The notes under the pieces are model-generated. The model did no database searches. It was not told the origin of the DNA and was given only the letters and a program-made list of their open reading frames with translations. A stretch of DNA of 64,000 nucleotides, taken from positions 1,706,032-1,770,031 of the forward strand of contig JAAOMT010000436.1 in assembly GCA_016748015.1 (NCBI GenBank), written 5' to 3'. Shown piece by piece: positions 61,601 through 64,000 of this stretch (position 1 is its first letter; every line of letters begins with the position of its first letter). Source of the DNA: Geosiphon pyriformis uo1 (Eukaryota > Fungi > Glomeromycota). Position numbers and translations under genes: made by a program.

Positions 61601-64000
61601 AGCTGTTGTTAAACATGTAATTAAAAAGATAATAAAAAATTTTTGTTTAGATAAGAACCAAATAATTAAGAATATATTGAAAAAATCATATTACAAGATT
61701 ATATTAGATTACTTAATAGTAGTTAATGAACTAATATTAGAATCTAATAAAGTTAAATTTAAGATTAATACAATTATAAAGAGTTAAACTAAAAAATAAA
61801 TAGTTTTGGATCATTATTTAAGCTTTGGACTAGTTAATATGCTTTTTTAAATTATGTGGATAATAATGCTTTTTTAGATATTATAAATATAATTAATAAT
61901 AAAAAATTAGTCCAAATAATTAAGAATTTATTAAACAAAAAAGCTGTTGATTTAAGTAATATACCAAATGAGCTTTTAAAACACTATAATAAAGATATTT
62001 TAATTTGTTTTTTGGTTTTGTTAAACTCATGTTTGACTTTGGGTATGGTTTCAACTTTATGAAAAAAAGCACAGATTTCAATAATATCAAAGTTTTACAA
62101 ATAAAATAGAATTTTAATAAATACTTAGTCTATAGCTTTGATTAAGACAGTTAGAAAAATTTTGTCCAAGATTTTTTTAGATTAGATTTTATATATTTAC
62201 AATAAATTTGGTGTTTTTTTACAAAGATAATTTTTTTGTTTTAAAAAATATATCAATACAGTTTCTTATATTTGTTGTTGACTTAGTAATTAAAAATGCT
62301 CTGAAAAAAAATCAAGAAATTTGGTTGGTTTTGTAAAACATATAAAAAGCATGATTTTATTGGTTGGTTCTACTTAAAAACTAGTTTATAGTATATTAAG
62401 ATATGTAAAAAGTTTATTAATCTCTTTGACAGCATTTATGCAGATAAAATAAATAAGATAATAACATATTTTGGTCTTATAAATAATTATTAAATACATA
62501 ATAAATTAGACCAAAGTAATATGGTTTTTTTTTGGAGAATTTTTTATGATTTTTTTTTGTATAAAGTAAAAAAACATAAACATTTGTGTAAATATTAAAT
62601 TAATACTAGATTTGTGGTTAAGATAAATAGAATAAAGACTATAAAAAAGAAAATTTTTTTTTGTAATGAATGTTTCTGTTAATAATATTATTTAAATTAA
62701 AAATAATTAGATATTTACACAGTATATATTAAATATTGTTAGTAAATTTTTTCTGATTTACAATATATTAATTAACAATAATAAAACAGTAACTATTTTT
62801 ATCAATTGTAAAGTCAAAGATACTATTTTAAAAATCAATAATTTGCCAATTTTGATTGCTAAAAGTAATATACTATATAAGTAATTAAATATTTTTTTTG
62901 TCAACTAAAAGTTTTTTTAAGTCCAATTTAGCTTAAGCTTATTTTAATCTCTAGTTTTTTGCCAATATAATGCTAAAAAAAATAATTACAAATAAACAAT
63001 TTTTTTATTTGATATTAGCAATTTTGTAGCTTATAATTAGTTATTAATCTCAATTTATTTTTGTTTTATTAAGTATATATTATAAGTAAGATGCCAAAAT
63101 TAGAAAAAATTTTAAGCTTAAAGCCAATCTGCCAAAAAACTTTTCCAATAAAACTTTGTATTATTTTTTTCTATATGGTTTGAAGTTTTTTAAACAGATT
63201 TAAGTTGAAAAAAAGTTAGCATTAATAATTACTTTTTTTAATGTTTTAAGTATTCTAAAACATTTGTTTAAATACAGATTTTTAAATTTGTAAGTCTTAA
63301 AGTAAGCTCTTTTAAACTTTTTGCAGTTCTCTGTCAAGTTGTATATCAATCTAGTAAACAATTTTTTAGCTAAAATAATAAAGATTTTTTTCCATAATAG
63401 ATTGTTTATAACAAACAATTTGTCTAGTGTATTTTGCAGTTCTGAAAAGTTTTTAATATTAAATATCTTAAAAAAATTATTGTACTATAACTTAGTGTGC
63501 TCTCTAGAACAATTTGGTATTATATTTAATAATAAACTATTGGACAAAAAAAATAATATAATAAACTAAAAATATTTTTTTGTTAATTAAAAAAACTGGA
63601 TCTTAAAAATCTTATATCTTATTGGTTTAATTTGGTTTTAGAATTTTTGCAAAAGATTAGTTTTTAGATAGTGAGTTTTGTCAGAGCTAATAAATTATTT
63701 AGCTCAAATATTCTGGAATTTAATAAGTTTTCAGAAGTATGTAAAAATTTACATAAAATTTGGTTAAGTGCTATTGTGATATATATAGATAAATTCTTAA
63801 GAAATATATATTTTATCAAAGTTGCTAATAAGACTACAACATATTTTTCAGTTATAGATATAGATATTAATGTTATAATTTGTGGGTTTTTATCTTTTAT
63901 AATGGTCAAATTACAGACTATTGTTCTGTTTTTAGAATATATTTTATCTTTTTATATAATGATTTTGTATCTAGATAATTAGACTGCTATTAATATTTGT
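58630..64000 (+). mobile_element. LINE copy E, heavily eroded, runs off the window end
   Basis: Colinear with D on the opposite strand. ORF1 start remnant ~58745, ORF1/ORF2 junction ~60605, APE (CNVQGIN at ~60637), RT ~62000-63000, RNase H ~63780-64000. Confidence 0.85.

Overview
This is AT-rich eukaryotic DNA with GT-AG spliceosomal introns. The gene and transposon repertoire looks like a Glomeromycotina/Mucoromycota fungus. Geosiphon pyriformis is my best guess, inferred from the combination of Lipase_3 expansion, dUTPase-bearing Gypsy elements and RNase H-bearing LINEs; this is not verified. The window has two compartments. (1) About 1-18 kb holds a cluster of five intron-containing, secreted-type class 3 (Lipase_3) lipase homologues that I spliced by hand. 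Only one (8902-10586) keeps the Ser-Asp-His triad. Three apparently intact genes have the nucleophile Ser replaced (GHALGG, GHGIGG, GHGIGG), and one of them has also lost the His. The fifth is a pseudogenised segmental duplicate. (2) About 18-64 kb is a transposon graveyard. It contains five copies of an APE-RT-RNase H LINE, a pogo/Tigger-like DNA transposon with TIRs and introns, and a complete Ty3/Gypsy element nested in the best-preserved LINE (4-bp TSD). The Gypsy encodes Gag-PR-[Cys-rich domain]-dUTPase-[second dUTPase-like fold]-RT-RH-IN plus an extra 3' ORF that reads through the PPT. The repeats show graded, almost purely C>T/G>A erosion in non-CpG as well as CpG contexts, resembling RIP. 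Top leads are the pseudo-lipase array, the RIP-like mutator and the accessory modules of the Gypsy element. There are two 20-N assembly gaps, one with an artefactual 640-bp duplication.
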